Shown: positions 36,262 to 49,880 of the stretch, one piece after another
Layout: each line of letters opens with the position of its first letter
How positions within the stretch are numbered: the first letter of the stretch is position 1
From: Eledone cirrhosa
Taxonomy: Eukaryota
DNA: 64,000 nt
Direction: 5' to 3'
Assembly (NCBI GenBank): GCA_964016885.1
Contig: OZ024750.1
Span: forward strand, 31,434,001 to 31,498,000
Translations under genes and position numbers: made by a program
The notes under the pieces: model-generated
What the model was told of the DNA's origin: nothing
What the model saw: the letters and a program-made list of their open reading frames with translations, nothing else
Database searches by the model: none

Positions 36262-36475
36262 GTTATATATATGTATAATATCTATTATATATATATGTAT
36301 ATATATAATATATATATGTATATATATATATATATTATATATTATTTATATATATATATATATAATATATATATAATATATATTTATATATAATATATAT
36401 CTATATATAATATATATATTATATATGTATATATAATATATATCTATATATAATATGTATAATAGTATATATATA
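36113..36475. repeat. Degenerate (TA)n array
   Basis: Directly visible. Confidence 0.9.
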
Positions 36476-36482
36476 TTTTTAA

Positions 36483-36621
36483 AAACTTGTTCGCTCTACA
36501 AGGCTGAATACAATAAATGTAATCTGAATGCCCAATCAGTTTCCTGTATACGAGCGATAAATGGCCGGCTTGCCGGTGAGCTGTACTGATGAAGTGTGAA
36601 ACCCAGAAACATTAGTGTCTG
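36483..36621 (+). mobile_element. Inverted end plus HHR fragment of the 30.8-kb family
   Basis: tcgctctaca.ggctgaatacaataaatgtaatctga shared with 30760-30796; CUGAUGA...GAAACAUUAGUGUC at 36586-36619. Confidence 0.75.
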
Positions 36622-36623
36622 GA

Positions 36624-37680
36624 CTTGAAAAGTCTGGGTACAATGAGAAGATAGCTTACAATGAGCAAACCAGAAGCGCAACGCCGCTACACCCACACAG
36701 ACGCTTAGAAATGCATATAGACGATGACACCCCACCTAGAATAAATACCAGGCAAAGACCATCGTTAGCCGGCATGACTCCCAAGGAGATAAAGCCATAC
36801 CCTCCAACCCCACTAAGGCCTCGGAATCTCGCACATGACTCCGCAGTAATAGAGACCCTAGACTGAACGGCAATAGAATCGCAGGAACTCCAATGACAAA
36901 TACGCCTGACCAAAACGAACTCACACACCCACCAAGCCACAACAACCCCACTAAACACCGTACAGCCCGAAGCCAACCCGTGACATGGTACAACGCCCCG
37001 TACTCTATACACGTTACCAGCAATATACCGGGAAACTTCTTCAGAGCTCTTGACCAATTCTTCCCATCTACACATATAATCCACAAGCTCTTTAATAGGC
37101 ACACTGTCAAATTCTCTTTCTCCACAACACCAAATCTAGCATACACAAATAGGACAAACATACGTAAACACATGGAAGCACCACAACCAACCATTAGTAC
37201 AACCCAAAACAACACCACACTGACAACACACCACATCAAACCAAATACCTGCTAGCTCCATAGAGAATACGAACAACCGGCAACTTAACAGCAAACCCAT
37301 AACCCCCAACTGCAACTGCAAAAAGTGAGTACAATGCCCATTGAACAGGGAGTGCCTCATTAAAAACATTATTTACCAGTGCGATGTCACAGCCGGCCGA
37401 AAAGAGTACTCTTACATAGGGGCAAACTCGACTACATTGAAAGAATGTTGGTATAACCACAAAAGCTCTTTCAACCACAAACCCAAACGCTCCCAAACCA
37501 AACTTGCGGACTTGATCTGGGACCTCAAAGACAAGAACATGGGATACCAGATCAAAGGGTCAGTTAAAAGACGCGTGGCCCAACTCTCTAACGACAGAAA
37601 CCACTGTAGGTTATGCCTGGCCGAGGTGGTCGAGATCATTAGGTTGAAATCGGCCATAAACTCGAGATCAGACATAATAA
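36624..37680 (+). pseudogene. Hydra-clade-like PLE ORF remnant (RT thumb end, CxC linker, GIY-YIG), frameshifted
   Basis: LEKSGYNEK; WYNAPYSIHVTSNIPGNF..LDQFFP..HKLFNRHTVKFSFSTTPNL; CNCKK*VQCPLNRECL..IIYQCDV..YIG..WYNHKSSF..IWDLK..CRLCLAE..INSRSD. Confidence 0.85.
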
Positions 37681-37761
37681 TTGTTTCTACTTTTGGCACA
37701 GGCCAGCAATTATCCCAGTGTATTACTGGTACTTAAACTACAAACACACCAGGAAGAACAC

Positions 37762-38200
37762 CTTCTCCGCACAGACATTCGACCATGAGCCAACGACTAA
37801 CCCTGATTTGAACTCAACATAGAGATAATCACCTTTATCTTACCACACCGTCCCTCAGCTCAGTACCATTGTCTTCTCCAGCATATAACCCATTGTAAGA
37901 TCCAATCTTGTAAATATCATGCCGCACTCATCACCCCCACCACCACCACCAAACACATCGCCATACATCCACAACCATCAGCAGCATCTTCTCTGCCCAG
38001 ACATTCGGCGATGCACCAAGGACAAACCCTAACTCGAACTCAACATAGGTATAATCACCAATACCTTACCACACCATCTGTACCATTGTTTTCTCTGTCA
38101 GTTTTTAACTTGTAACCCATCGTAACATTCGATCCTGTAAATATCATGTCGCACCCATCACCCCCACCACCAAACACATCGCCATACATCTACAACCATC
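37762..38200. repeat. Two ~225-bp direct repeats in the PLE 3' UTR
   Basis: cagacattcg..aactcaacatag..gtaaatatcatg..caaacacatcgccatacatc is duplicated. Confidence 0.8.
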
Positions 38201-38309
38201 AACCTCACCAACACATATCACACCTAACATCCCACATTAAACACCGCATGTGTGTGTGTCTGTGTGTACGTATGTTTGTATACTCGCCCACACCACGTAT
38301 CCTCACTGG

Positions 38310-38345
<36 letters not shown>

Positions 38346-38780
38346 GTGTATGTATTTAATATGTCTGTCTGGCTGCGTGTATATATGTATATATATGCTT
38401 TTACATACACTCTGACCATTAACTTCTTATAACATGAACCCTCTCCACCCTTTAACAATCCACTATAACACCCCGTCCTAAACACCGCAACCTTTCATCC
38501 AGTATCATAACGTGCATCACCACCACACCCACACCACACCACACAAAAATCAGCCACATCTACATGCCAAACTGTCTAGCGACAATCAGCACCCCTACAC
38601 AACCACCCACTTCAACCTACGCCCGGCACCACCAACTTATCACTCCGCACACCATGCACTACAGGAAAAAACATTCCTTTGAATTAACCCACCAATCAAA
38701 ACAAATTTCACTGACCACTATAGGAACATCAGACTTTCTTATATCGCATGAATATTCATTTTTCCATTACCATTGTAAGG

Positions 38781-38865
38781 GGTCTGATGAGCCGCGGTTT
38801 ACAGAGTCGGGCTACATCGATACAGATCGAACCATGAGCTGATCAGTGGCGAAACGCGCGTCACC
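38781..38865 (+). ncRNA. Type I hammerhead in the 3' pLTR of the upstream PLE
   Basis: GGU CUGAUGA GCCGC...GUGGC GAAA CGCGCG UC ACC. Confidence 0.88.
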
Positions 38866-38949
38866 AACCATAAAACGTAATGAAGGAGTAATCAATCGTC
38901 CTTGTTATTTTATTTTACTATATATATTAAATATATATATATATATATA

Positions 38950-39312
38950 ACCAAAAGTTAAACAAGGTTCATTGACTAATCAATGAATAAAGTTTTACAA
39001 TAGATTAGAAGCACTCAACAAAAAGTTTTCTGGAGTTATTAATATTAATTCAAAATATTAATAAATATAGACATTCATGTAATCAAATATATTTGATTAT
39101 ATATATTTCGGAGGTACTGTGCTGTTTCTTCAGTACATCCTCATCCCGACTGCCAAGACTGGTATTGAACCATCAGCACAGTTGAGGTTTGTCATACATC
39201 AATTTTATCTGATGAGGACGTACTGAAGAAACAACACAGTACCTCCGAAATATATATAATAAAATATATTTGATTACATGAATGTCTATATTTATTAATA
39301 TTTTGAATTAAT
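38950..39312. mobile_element. Fold-back pLTR (~100-bp arms) between (TA)n tracts
   Basis: 39045-39145 vs 39211-39312. Confidence 0.85.
39203..39264 (+). ncRNA. Intact type I hammerhead
   Basis: UUUUAU CUGAUGA GGACGUACUG..CAGUACCUCC GAAA UAUAUA UA AUAAAA. Confidence 0.88.
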
Positions 39313-39347
39313 ATATATATATATATTTATATCTATATATCTATATA

Positions 39348-39476
<129 letters not shown>

Positions 39477-39477
39477 A

Positions 39478-39805
39478 GAATTATTATTAAAGGACTTTTA
39501 ACATCTGAAATTACGTGGGCGAAAAACTCAAGAGCACACTCTTTGTCCGTTCCCATGTCGATTCAATTTGGATTGCCTCGGAAACATAATCTTATTATGT
39601 AACAAGCTGTCTGATGATGTCACGGCACTGGGCACACCGAACCGTGTGGCCACTGTTGTCATTGAAATATGTATCACAGTATTATTATTAAAGGACTTTA
39701 ATATCTGAAATTACTTCGCTTTCTTATTCGATATATACCCCGTCATTCCTATGTGGAAAAAATACGTTGAGTGCTTGATTTGATTTGCATCAATATTTAC
39801 CTTAA
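39478..39805 (+). mobile_element. Terminally redundant unit (offset 201 nt) with a hammerhead at 39607-39679 and a tail
   Basis: attattattaaaggacttt..atctgaaattac at 39480 and 39681; CUGU CUGAUGA..long stem II..GAAA UAUGUA UC ACAG. Confidence 0.8.
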
Positions 39806-42800
39806 ATATATATATATATATATATATTATTTTAGCTAGCCGAAAGCTCACTGGTTTAACATCTCTATACTGTGTCCGACATTTCAACTAATCCTCTAAT
39901 TAAACTGACTGATGTTAAAGAAAGCAATGTTTGTTGTTTAATGGAGTAGTATCAGTTAGTTTCGTTTCGGTTGGTTGAATTAAATTATTTATCTCTACTA
40001 ACCTATTGATTATTTATTTTCTGTTCGTTACCAGTGAGGTATATATGAATGGAGCTTGATTAAAACAATGTTTGAGAAAGGATCGTTTAGTTACATCAAT
40101 TAGTATGCTACAATCTCGGTCAAATGTACAGAAAGTAATTTGAAATAATGAGCTGGTACAAGCGGTGTTGCGCTTATGAAATTTATGAAAAGTACTTAGT
40201 CTACTCCGATTCCTTTCTGAATTTTAATACTCCTGGGATTAGATTTTCATTTCATCATAAATGCTGTACAATTCATATTCATGAGTGTTCATTATATTGG
40301 CAGTGTACTAATGAAAGAAATTAATATCTTCTAAAGATTGATTTGTTATTTTCCAAAGAAACCTATAAATGCAGAAATGATACTAATAGCCAACATATGC
40401 TTTACAAGTTATATCCAATAATTGTCCGAACATTTCACCCTATTTATTATAACAAACTCATAGATTAATACAGGCGCCAGCATATAAACATTCACCGAAA
40501 ATGCAAATTATTTTAGAATGGCCACTCAGTAATGCTTCTTGCATATCACACGAGACAGTACGATACTTTAACAGATATCTAGCTAATATCTAAAATATTC
40601 TTGTAAATAGCACTAAAGAGACCTAGCTTCTAAATATCATGTGACAAACGACAATACTTCACTGAAATCAAGAGATTACGAAAATCTAAAATATACACTT
40701 TTATATTCAATGTTCTGAATCTTGTGAGTATCATCACGTTTGAGATTCTGTGAACGGATTCACATTTTGCGGTGAATAACCTTAGTAACGGAAGCTCAGG
40801 GTGGGTCTTGTAAACAATATAGTATATTTAACTATTGTGGTATTTTGAACAATTTTCCATAACCCAGTTTTGGTATTTTGCCGATCATCTTATGTTGACG
40901 TAAATCTTGCTTTAATTAGGTACAGTTCAGTTCAACTAAGACAAAATATACATAATTAATTTCAGCTTTACACCATGGGCATTGTCTTAACGTGCACATC
41001 TAAATGGGTGCCAAGTTTTATTTTCAGATAAAGACAGAAATAATACTAATAGTGTCCATTTTGTTTGAAACTAATTTCACCAAACTCTATGAACCAATTA
41101 ACCACAAAAACACATTTTATTTTACTAAAGGATTGACAGAAAAGATCACGTGCCTGCATATGCGTTAACGCGTGTATTTAGTTTCATGATTTTAAATACT
41201 TAGTTCAATTTGTAACCTGGTCAACTTGTTGATTTATCCCTATAATACGCATCAAGCAATTGTCATGAAAATGCATCCCCCGACAAAAACTGCCCCCCAT
41301 TTGACAATGTAAACAGATTTACTATTCAATCTACTAGAATAGAAAAGTGAAATAATTTAAAAATATTTACTATAGGCATATATACTTTATCGAATTAATA
41401 TTTACGGGTATGTTTGGGATAAAATCTGTGTCTATGAAATATTAAACACGACCGGACAAAACATTTATTCAACCTTTCCAATTACTTTTGAATATATATA
41501 GGATATGGATCGAGGGATATGGATTGAATATATATAGGATATGTATAAGTTAGGTATTTGGAAACAAAAATTTCCCCAATGGGAAACGAAAGAGAAAGAA
41601 AAGACTTAGAGATTGAAAATTGGTTTATAGAAAATAAAACGAATTCATACGAATTTTTATTGGTTTATAGAAAATAAAACGAGTCATACGAATTTTTATC
41701 GAAATTGGAAGGAGGTAATGATTCAAATACGTGCAGAAAAATACAATTTATGTTTCGACTAGATGCTTTCATCCATATATTTAGCTTCCGACCCATCATA
41801 GAGTTATCATGTAATGGCGATTATGTCTTGAATACGAGATTTCATTCCTATAAAAATATCGTAATATATTATAAACAAATAGTACATTAAGGGTGGCCAT
41901 AAAGTGAAATCAGTAACAAAATATATAGATAAACAGTAGCTTTCATATTCAAATTAGTTTATAAACAATTAACATTTCTTAAATGTATACTCAGTGGGTT
42001 CTTATTTACTGCATATTCTTATTAGATAAAAAAAACTATACGTAAATAAGACGGCTGTAGCCTTATGACGTCTGTCATTTTCATACAAACATAGCATGAG
42101 TGTCAGCTGTGCACACATTTCTATTAAATAGTATAGTGAAAGAAAACGCTATCAGCCCGTTCAGTTTCTAATAACAACTCCTACACTAAATAGCTTCAGG
42201 TTGAAGTATAAATGGAAGTATTAAACTGATTTAGAATAGTTATAACGGAAGGGACGCTCAACTACATTGTACAACCGTATCATATGAACACAAAAGGATA
42301 TCATATCACAAACAATATCTAATAATATGGAGTTCACTGTACTTTACAGAGAAGGCGGGTGAGGAAAATATAATAAAACTAATTCGAAGTGTAAAGATTC
42401 GGCTTGAACATCGATATAGTGATTTATATAAACGTTACATCTACAAGTAGATCAATAACTTGGAAGTATTAACATTCATAATAATGATACCCTCTGAAGA
42501 GTTATGCAAATCAATAAGAATTTGTTAAATTTATCAAGTATAGTTTTAAGCAGTCTGGAAACTGTTTAGAATAAAATATAATATAAATAACAAATATAAG
42601 CCGTTGCCTTGCGGAATGGAAATAAATTAAATATCTACATTAACAAAATGGCGAAGGAAAAATACAAATAGCTAATAGACCATGGCAAATATAGAATATA
42701 CAAGATGAGCAGTCGACCCAGAAGAAAATAAATTAATACAGACTCCATAATGCCTTGTGGAGGCAACGAGAAAGAAAGAGTGAAAGGCAGAAAGAGCCAT

Positions 42801-43099
42801 GGAATAATCATAATTATGGCTAAATAGAAAACACGAGAGAAATATATCAACACGCACACACACACACACACGCAATTATGCGCCTAGGCATATATGCATA
42901 TATCAGAGTTAATATACGAGTATATATTTATATATATCTTTTATTTATGTTCATACATAGAACAAAAGCGGTACCTAAGATTTCAAGATTGCAAGAGCGA
43001 TCAAATTTCTGATGTACACACACGCACACAAGCACCCCCCCCCCCCCACATATATATATATATGCGTATTTATTCACTCAGCTGGCTCACAACTTATCC

Positions 43100-43590
43100 T
43101 CTCTCATCGGCGCTGGTTGTAATTTTGGGGAAATGTGGCTGATATTTTTAACACATGGAACGGCCGCAGTGGGTATGCCCCATATGTCCGTAGACATGTG
43201 TAAATATCGTGGCAGACTCGCTTCACTCTCTAATATACCTACATACAACCTCGTTTACCAGACCACCCTACGAAAAGGTAAACCACATACAACTCTCTAA
43301 GCAATGTCCCGGCAAAACCTGGATACATTCGATGGGTGAGAAATTCGAGCAACCACTCTAACGCAAATTTTGGAAGGAGCTCTGAAAGTTCGCTACCAAG
43401 ATCAAAATGCTTCGTCAAGTTTAGGGCGAACCTTTCAAGCTCGGTCACAAGTCTGTTCTAAACGATGAACAACCAGGGCCATTAATAAACCTCAGAACGC
43501 ATTCGGGACCTTCTCCACGAAGAATATCAACAAATAATCTTTTAGTTCCAGGGATCATTTGGGGAGTCTGCCAGGAGATTCTTAAAGAAA
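43100..43590 (-). pseudogene. Possible decayed LINE ORF1 (gag-like Zn knuckle)
   Basis: GC-richer island; a minus frame gives THVYGHMGHTHC, resembling a degenerate CCHC knuckle; many stops. Confidence 0.3.
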
Positions 43591-43837
43591 CCATAGATAT
43601 GCATCTTGTTGTAATGTTTATTATTTGTCACATGTAATTCGATCGAAAACAGCAGTGTTTTGAGTCGTGTCTTCAGCTTCGTAAAATAACTTTAAAAAGA
43701 GACACGTTTTTCAGTCGGTTCATTAAATTCAAATGGAATTGAAATCATCGTTAGACGACCTTCTTTAAGAGGGCTTCAGCAGTACATTTGAAGTGTGGAA
43801 CGCCACTACACCAATGTACACATTCCTCAGAGCATTG

Positions 43838-43949
43838 TTCAAATCCCGCCGAGGTTAACTTTGCCTTTCATCCTTACGGGGTTGATAAAATAAAGTACCA
43901 GCAATGCACTGGATAGTGGTGGCCTTGCGCTAAAAGTAGAAACAATTAT
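43838..43949 (+). mobile_element. 5'-truncated Nin SINE
   Basis: Consensus from the B-box to the tail. Confidence 0.88.
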
Positions 43950-44709
43950 TTCTAAGAGTTTTCTTTTCCAAAATGATATATGAAATACATTATTTATTGG
44001 TGTATTGTTTTACATTTTCTAAGTTCTATTACGGAAAATTTCTAATGAACTTTCTGATAAACTCTCGTACTTGGAATAAAATTGTGTATGATCGCTTTAA
44101 GCACGTTATGTCATATATTATATTTGGTTTCTTAAATTTAGCGTGTTTCATACGTAAGTCACCTGAAAATGTCCTACTATTAATAGTCATTCTTTTGTTT
44201 CTGCTATATTAACCATGTTCTTAAAATAGTTAACAGACAAGTTAATTTGATTGCGTTTGAATGTAGCAAGTAAAATATCTCTCGATTTCTGCAGACAACT
44301 TTAAACGGGAATTATTCAGATGTGTATTCTGTAATAAACAGTGTAAAGTGGCTTGAAGTTGTCTCTGGGTCTAAATAGGTTTAACAAGTGTATTATTGGC
44401 GCGATCATAAAGAATTTGAACACTGCATAAAACGGTGACACTAATCAATATATATTTCACAAAAGAAGCTGTGAAATGTTGCCTCAAGAAGCAAAGTCCT
44501 TGATGAATAACTATAGAAAATAGTGCTAGAATTGAAACAAGTAAAGGAAGAAAATAAAAGAGTTCCTTTAATGACAGGCGGCTCTCTATGTCGAACGTAG
44601 GGAAGAAAATTATAGACAGGCTAAATATTTTATGAGGGTAATGTTTAGAGATATATCTTGACCAAGTGTCCATCATTCTACAGTAAACATCAGCCAAAAG
44701 ATTGAAAGC

Positions 44710-44898
44710 AATAATTGTTTCTACATTTGGCAAAAGGCCAGCAAATACCTAGTGCATTACTGGTACTTTATTTTATCGACCCCGTAAGGATGAAAGGCAA
44801 AGTTAACCTCGGCGGGATTTGAACTCAGAATGGTAAGGGCCGTAACTCAATGTGTCAAAGCATAGCGTCCGACCCTCTACCGATAATGCCAATCCACC
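44710..44898 (-). mobile_element. Nin SINE, subfamily B
   Basis: Near-consensus sequence. Confidence 0.9.
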
Positions 44899-45371
44899 AA
44901 TGCTTTTTTATTTGATGAGTTTGTTGTAGAGAAGTTTTAGACCGGAAACGGACAATACATACAAAAAAAAAAAAAAATGAATTAAGAATGAAGGAAAGTG
45001 GCAATATATAATATTTGTTATCACTGCATAAAAATACATTTATTTGTACGAAAAAAAAAACGAAAACAATCAAACAAAACAAAATAAAACAAAAAACAAG
45101 AAAAACTTAGCGTTGAAGTAGAATATATTCTTTATTTTTACAGTACAGTACTTATGTACTGGAGTCTAGTAACTAGACGAACCGGAGTTTTCTATTATAA
45201 GTATGTTCTATCGGATGTGAGGTATTTCAGTTTGGAATATTCCGATGAGTAAGACATTTCCAACTAAACTGGTCAGAGGTGTTTGACAAAGTTCAAAACA
45301 CAAGGTATTTTTATTTTAGAAAATTAGTTTCAAGTAAAAGCAAAGTACTAGTGTACTGAATATAATGTTGC

Positions 45372-45404
<33 letters not shown>

Positions 45405-45734
45405 GCAGTTTAATATATTTTCAAATGTCACTCTCCTATTTGACAATATTTTACATGCGTGTGCAAGCAAGTAAAGCATATCTGCTTTGTTTGTCTCTTA
45501 TTACCGAATTTTCCGTTTCTTTCTGAGGCGTAAAGACAACCTGTCAAGTTGCCAGCTCACATGTATCACTTACTGGCTGCCAAGAACTACCTTGATATTA
45601 AAAGAAAACACGCACATCTGCTAAAATATATCCAATAAAAAAAGTCATCCATATGTCCTAGCCTGTGGGACGACTGCTCTCGTTTTAACAACGTATTCAA
45701 AATACCCGTTGCGGCTTATCGTTGTACTTCCATT

Positions 45735-45862
45735 AGTTAACTTCGCCTTTTATCCTTACGGGGTCGATAAAATAAAGTACCAGTAATGTACTGGGGTCGA
45801 TTTAATGGAATTTCCCCTCCCCCAGAACATTGTTAGCCTTGTGCCTAAATCTGAAACCATTA
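45735..45862 (+). mobile_element. Older Nin SINE 3' part (longer body variant)
   Basis: Nin core followed by ctggggtcgatttaat..cccctcccc..gccttgtgcctaaa. Confidence 0.75.
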
Positions 45863-46295
45863 TTTTCTCCAATTAATATTATCGTCACCCACAAACCAGG
45901 CATTTCCCCCTTTCTTTAATTTGTTCCATTCTTTGACAAAATGTTTGACTCTCTTTAATGACACGATGAACTAACACCGGGTCGTCCAAGCATTCATATA
46001 TAGACAGGCATAACAACAGACGGATAGGCCGTTGCATAAAAGATATACACTTCTACAAGTAAACGGCTTTATGTAAATAAAATTGTTTTTAATACGTTCG
46101 TCACGTGAGAGATGTATCAATATAAACGGTTTTATTTACATAAATTATCAAACTATCAACAATTGGAATAAAGTAATCAGATTGATTTGGCTGTTATTTA
46201 TAACAAAACACCTTCAGGTGTATGTATGTATATATATATGTGTATATCTGTGCATATATATCAGTGTATATATATATATATATTACAGGTGTGTA

Positions 46296-46359
<64 letters not shown>

Positions 46360-46505
46360 AATTAAAATACTAGAGTACGTTGGAGTAAAACACACTCGTC
46401 GTATTATAGAAATGACAGTATAAGATATAGCTCAATGTAATACAACAGAGCCGAAAAATTATAAAAATAAACAAAAAGCCTTTAATACATCAAAAGTCTT
46501 TATTA

Positions 46506-46546
46506 GCCTACAATGTTTCGTCCCATTAATAAGGACTCATCAGGGC
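46506..46546 (-). ncRNA. Intact minimal type I hammerhead in a ~220-bp unit between (TA)n and (TG)n
   Basis: GCC CUGAUGA GUCC-uuauuaaug-GGAC GAAA C-auu-G UA GGC. Confidence 0.88.
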
Positions 46547-46581
46547 AAGTAAATTGACAAGAAGCATTAACGGCCAGAACA

Positions 46582-46653
<72 letters not shown>

Positions 46654-46657
46654 ATAT

Positions 46658-46740
46658 GTCAGGTCGCTCTCAAGTGCTACTGGTAACATGTAGCCCAGTA
46701 CAACTTGTCACATGGTCGGGTAGTCGGCGGCTAAACCGGC
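46658..46740 (+). ncRNA. HDV-like ribozyme remnant (P1 5' strand missing) at the 5' end of an RTE-like element extending to ~47030
   Basis: P2 gtc(a)ggt/accggc, P3 cgc/gtg with L3 tctcaa, ctact then GG, J4/2 GCUAA, followed by aaccccacc..ggtgagg. Confidence 0.55.
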
Positions 46741-47186
46741 AACCCCACCAAATTTGCTTGGTGAGGATGATATTTGGACACCCAGATGAAATACAAGACC
46801 CGGCAAAGGGTGGACGAACTGAGCAGAGCCAACGACATCCAAATAGTACTTTTTTTTCACCTGGGTGTGAAAGGCCCCCAGTTGTTGTTACAACACATTT
46901 CTAAGAGAGGGGAACTCTGAAAAAAACCCCAAACAACCTGCGACTTCGGAAGCATTCGCTGATGTCGACCAGTTCTCCTTTTCGGGTAGTGTTTTCGATG
47001 CTCAGAGAGTGGGATGTGCTACGTTACACTGAAATATATATTTGAAAAAAAATTCCTTATCTTCATCATCACCGTTTAATGTCCATTTTTCCATGCTAGC
47101 ATGGGTTAGACGAGTTGTCCTGATGTGAGATGTGTCAGATCCTGCGACCATGTCTTGCACATACAGAATTGTAAATATATGTAAAT

Positions 47187-47370
47187 AATTTTTTCTACTT
47201 TTTGGCACAAGGCCAGCAAATACCCAGTACATTACTGGTACTTTATTTTATCGACCCCGTAAGGATGAAAGGCAAAGTTAACCTCGGCGGGATTTGAACT
47301 CAGAATGACAAGGGCCGTAACCCTATGCGTCAAAGCCTGGCGTCCGACCCTCTACCGATACTGCCAATTC
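47187..47370 (-). mobile_element. Nin SINE, subfamily B
   Basis: TSD atgtaaataat. Confidence 0.9.
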
Positions 47371-48235
47371 ATGTAAATAATAGGTATTAGATATGCATAA
47401 ATACCCAACGTGCATGTATGGATTATGTAGGTTTATATTAAGGTATTTTAAATATTTTCTGCGTGATTCTTTATATTTTAGAGATAATGGCAAGTCGTGT
47501 TCATGTGGTTGAAAGAATGCATCCGTAATATTGATATTTGGCTAGACGATCCACATTTTTATCATCATGTAGAAATTGATGAAGTGAAAGGATTCTGGCT
47601 TTCAATACATTTCTGTAAAATATAGAAGATAGTACATGTTTTCTATTTCTATGCCTATGGCAATAACTGTCATTAAATGTACATCTGACCTTCATGTGAG
47701 TTTCGGAACTTAAAACTGTATCCACAACGTCTACGACATTTCGACTTATCCAAACATAATTTCTTTTTCTTTCCTACTGATATCTAAATATAAACTTTCC
47801 ACTTTCCATGAAAACTTATTTGCAGAGAACTTATTTATGTCTGCTTTTAAGGAATGTCCATTCTTCAGATCCCTGATGAAATATCCTGTTACATTGCATT
47901 TGTTTTCAAAGCATTGAGGAAATTTGAAAATACGTTTTGCTTTTTGAGTACAGCCACAGTGCAGTCAAATTAGAGTAGTGAAATATATGTAATAAATTAT
48001 CCCTAGAGACAGGGAATATGAGGAGAATGAGAGGCTGGAACAGGTAAAAGAAATAGAACAAATTAATAAAAATAGAAAATATAGAATTATAATGAACCTT
48101 GGTGCTAACAAATATTGTTCTATCCTTTGCTTAAATTATCTGGATTAATATTATACTTGGATATTTGTGATATTTAAAAAAACACTTTAAAGCAGAAACA
48201 GAGCAGCTACTTAATATTTTGAAATTGCTCTTTAC

Positions 48236-48550
48236 ATACTGCCGAGCTCCTTCGCAAGATCGGAAGGTTGGCGGCCTGTCTTAGGAAAGAAATTCGCGAG
48301 GTAGGGTGGCTGTTGCAGGGGGTGTCGCTGGCCATTGTCCGCGGGAATGCATATAGGGTCCTGTCCACTGGGCTCATCCCTATTACCACCGCACCCTGGG
48401 CCCAGAGCTCAATCCCCCTCCCTCTCCACATCCTTCTGCGACACTAGAGCCCTTGCCTTTCCCTTTCTTTTCCGTTTTTTTTTTATATTTTCTTATTTTA
48501 CATTCCATTCTTTCTTATCAATCTATTTTTTTCTTTTTCTATTAAATTTT
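48236..48550 (+). mobile_element. CRE-clade 3' fragment
   Basis: TAELLRKIGRLAACLRKEIREVGWLLQGVSLAIVRGNAYRVLSTG; 3' UTR (ccctgggccc..ttctgcgacac) shared with the 35.2-kb copy. Confidence 0.8.
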
Positions 48551-49769
48551 ATTTAAAGGTTAAGGAATAAATTAAATTTTCGATTGACAAATTTCCAGAT
48601 AATGTGATCTTTTAAATAATTGTAAACGACCAAATATATCTAGCATTTTACAAACACGACTGCGTTTAAAAATATTGTGCTTCGCTTATCTGATTCTTTT
48701 TGACACCTTCCATATATGAACATAGATGTTGACTTTGATAAGAGAAGTTGATCAAGACGAAATGTCATTTTAAAGAATATTCAACCATGTAACATTATCC
48801 TTTTTATTTCATTTTATCTCTGACGAAATACCGACATGTAGATAAATGTAGGTGGTTGTTTTGTTTGTTAAAGTCAGCTTTCTCTATTTAATGTTCTTTC
48901 ATTTAAATATCATTTCTGTTGTAATGTTTCCTCGTGTATATTTCTTCTATTCCTATCAACATTTTTTGCTGATATCTTCGTTCCTTTTCTAGGTTTCTTC
49001 TTCTAGGCGATATGAACTTTTCATGTATGTAAGTATGCAATATCAACCAGTTGATCCCTGTTACAATATACATATATTATTTTGTTGCTGGATTCGTTTG
49101 AACTAGGTTTCAGCCCCATGTCTCCTTCTTTGTATAGAAAACATTAACCGCTGCTGTATGTGTCGTTCAGCCTATAGAACGATATCTTTTCTCATTTCTT
49201 GATATCTACTTTTCATTTGTATTTAACCTCCATTTGAAATCAATATGGGTACATTATATTACGAGAAAAACAAACAAACAAAAAACGTGTTATATGCCTG
49301 CTTTTCTCTGTCCTGTTCGTTTTTGTTTTGATAAATCCACATTATTTGGGATCTCGTGATACGCAATCTTTGTTCACCCATCCCACGCCTCCCAAGACAG
49401 GTCGCTGGTTCATCGCCAGTTTTTACGGCATGAAATGGAGGATGATATATATTTTTCGCACAGGCTCCTCTATCTAAGGCCTGAACGAGTCCCTTGTTAA
49501 CCAGTGTGAAGGACGATGCGGTATGGTCCATTCTGTTACGTCTCACGATATTGAAGTGTTTGGTGATCTTATTCCCGCCAGTCACCAATATGGTACTTTC
49601 TCAGAGCTGTGATGAGGAATCTATTCCCTTGGTAATATTGATATTATTGTGTATATTGTCATTTGGAATATTGAACTTATGAAGAATATATAAATATATA
49701 TAAATTACAAATATTTCTAATGTACCGTTAGAATCTGATGTTTAATGTTAATCATTATTCTAAGTAATT

Positions 49770-49880
49770 AGGATGAAAGGCCGAGGTTGACTTTGCCTTT
49801 CATCCTTACGGGGTCGATAAAATAAAGTACCAGTAATGAACTGGATATTTGCTGGCCTTGTGCCTAAAGAAGAAACAATT
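49770..49880 (+). mobile_element. 5'-truncated Nin SINE with a short inverted 5' segment
   Basis: 16-bp TSD attattctaagtaatt. Confidence 0.88.

Noticed and set aside
37322-37330. In-frame TGA near the Cys cluster of the PLE as possible selenocysteine
   Set aside because: It is not at a conserved Cys position and the ORF is also frameshifted; a CGA>TGA decay is simpler.
49259-49620. 109-aa ORF or decayed LINE island (similar islands at 20.7, 56.8-57.2 and 57.8 kb)
   Set aside because: No motif I could recognise with confidence; needs tBLASTn against TE proteins.
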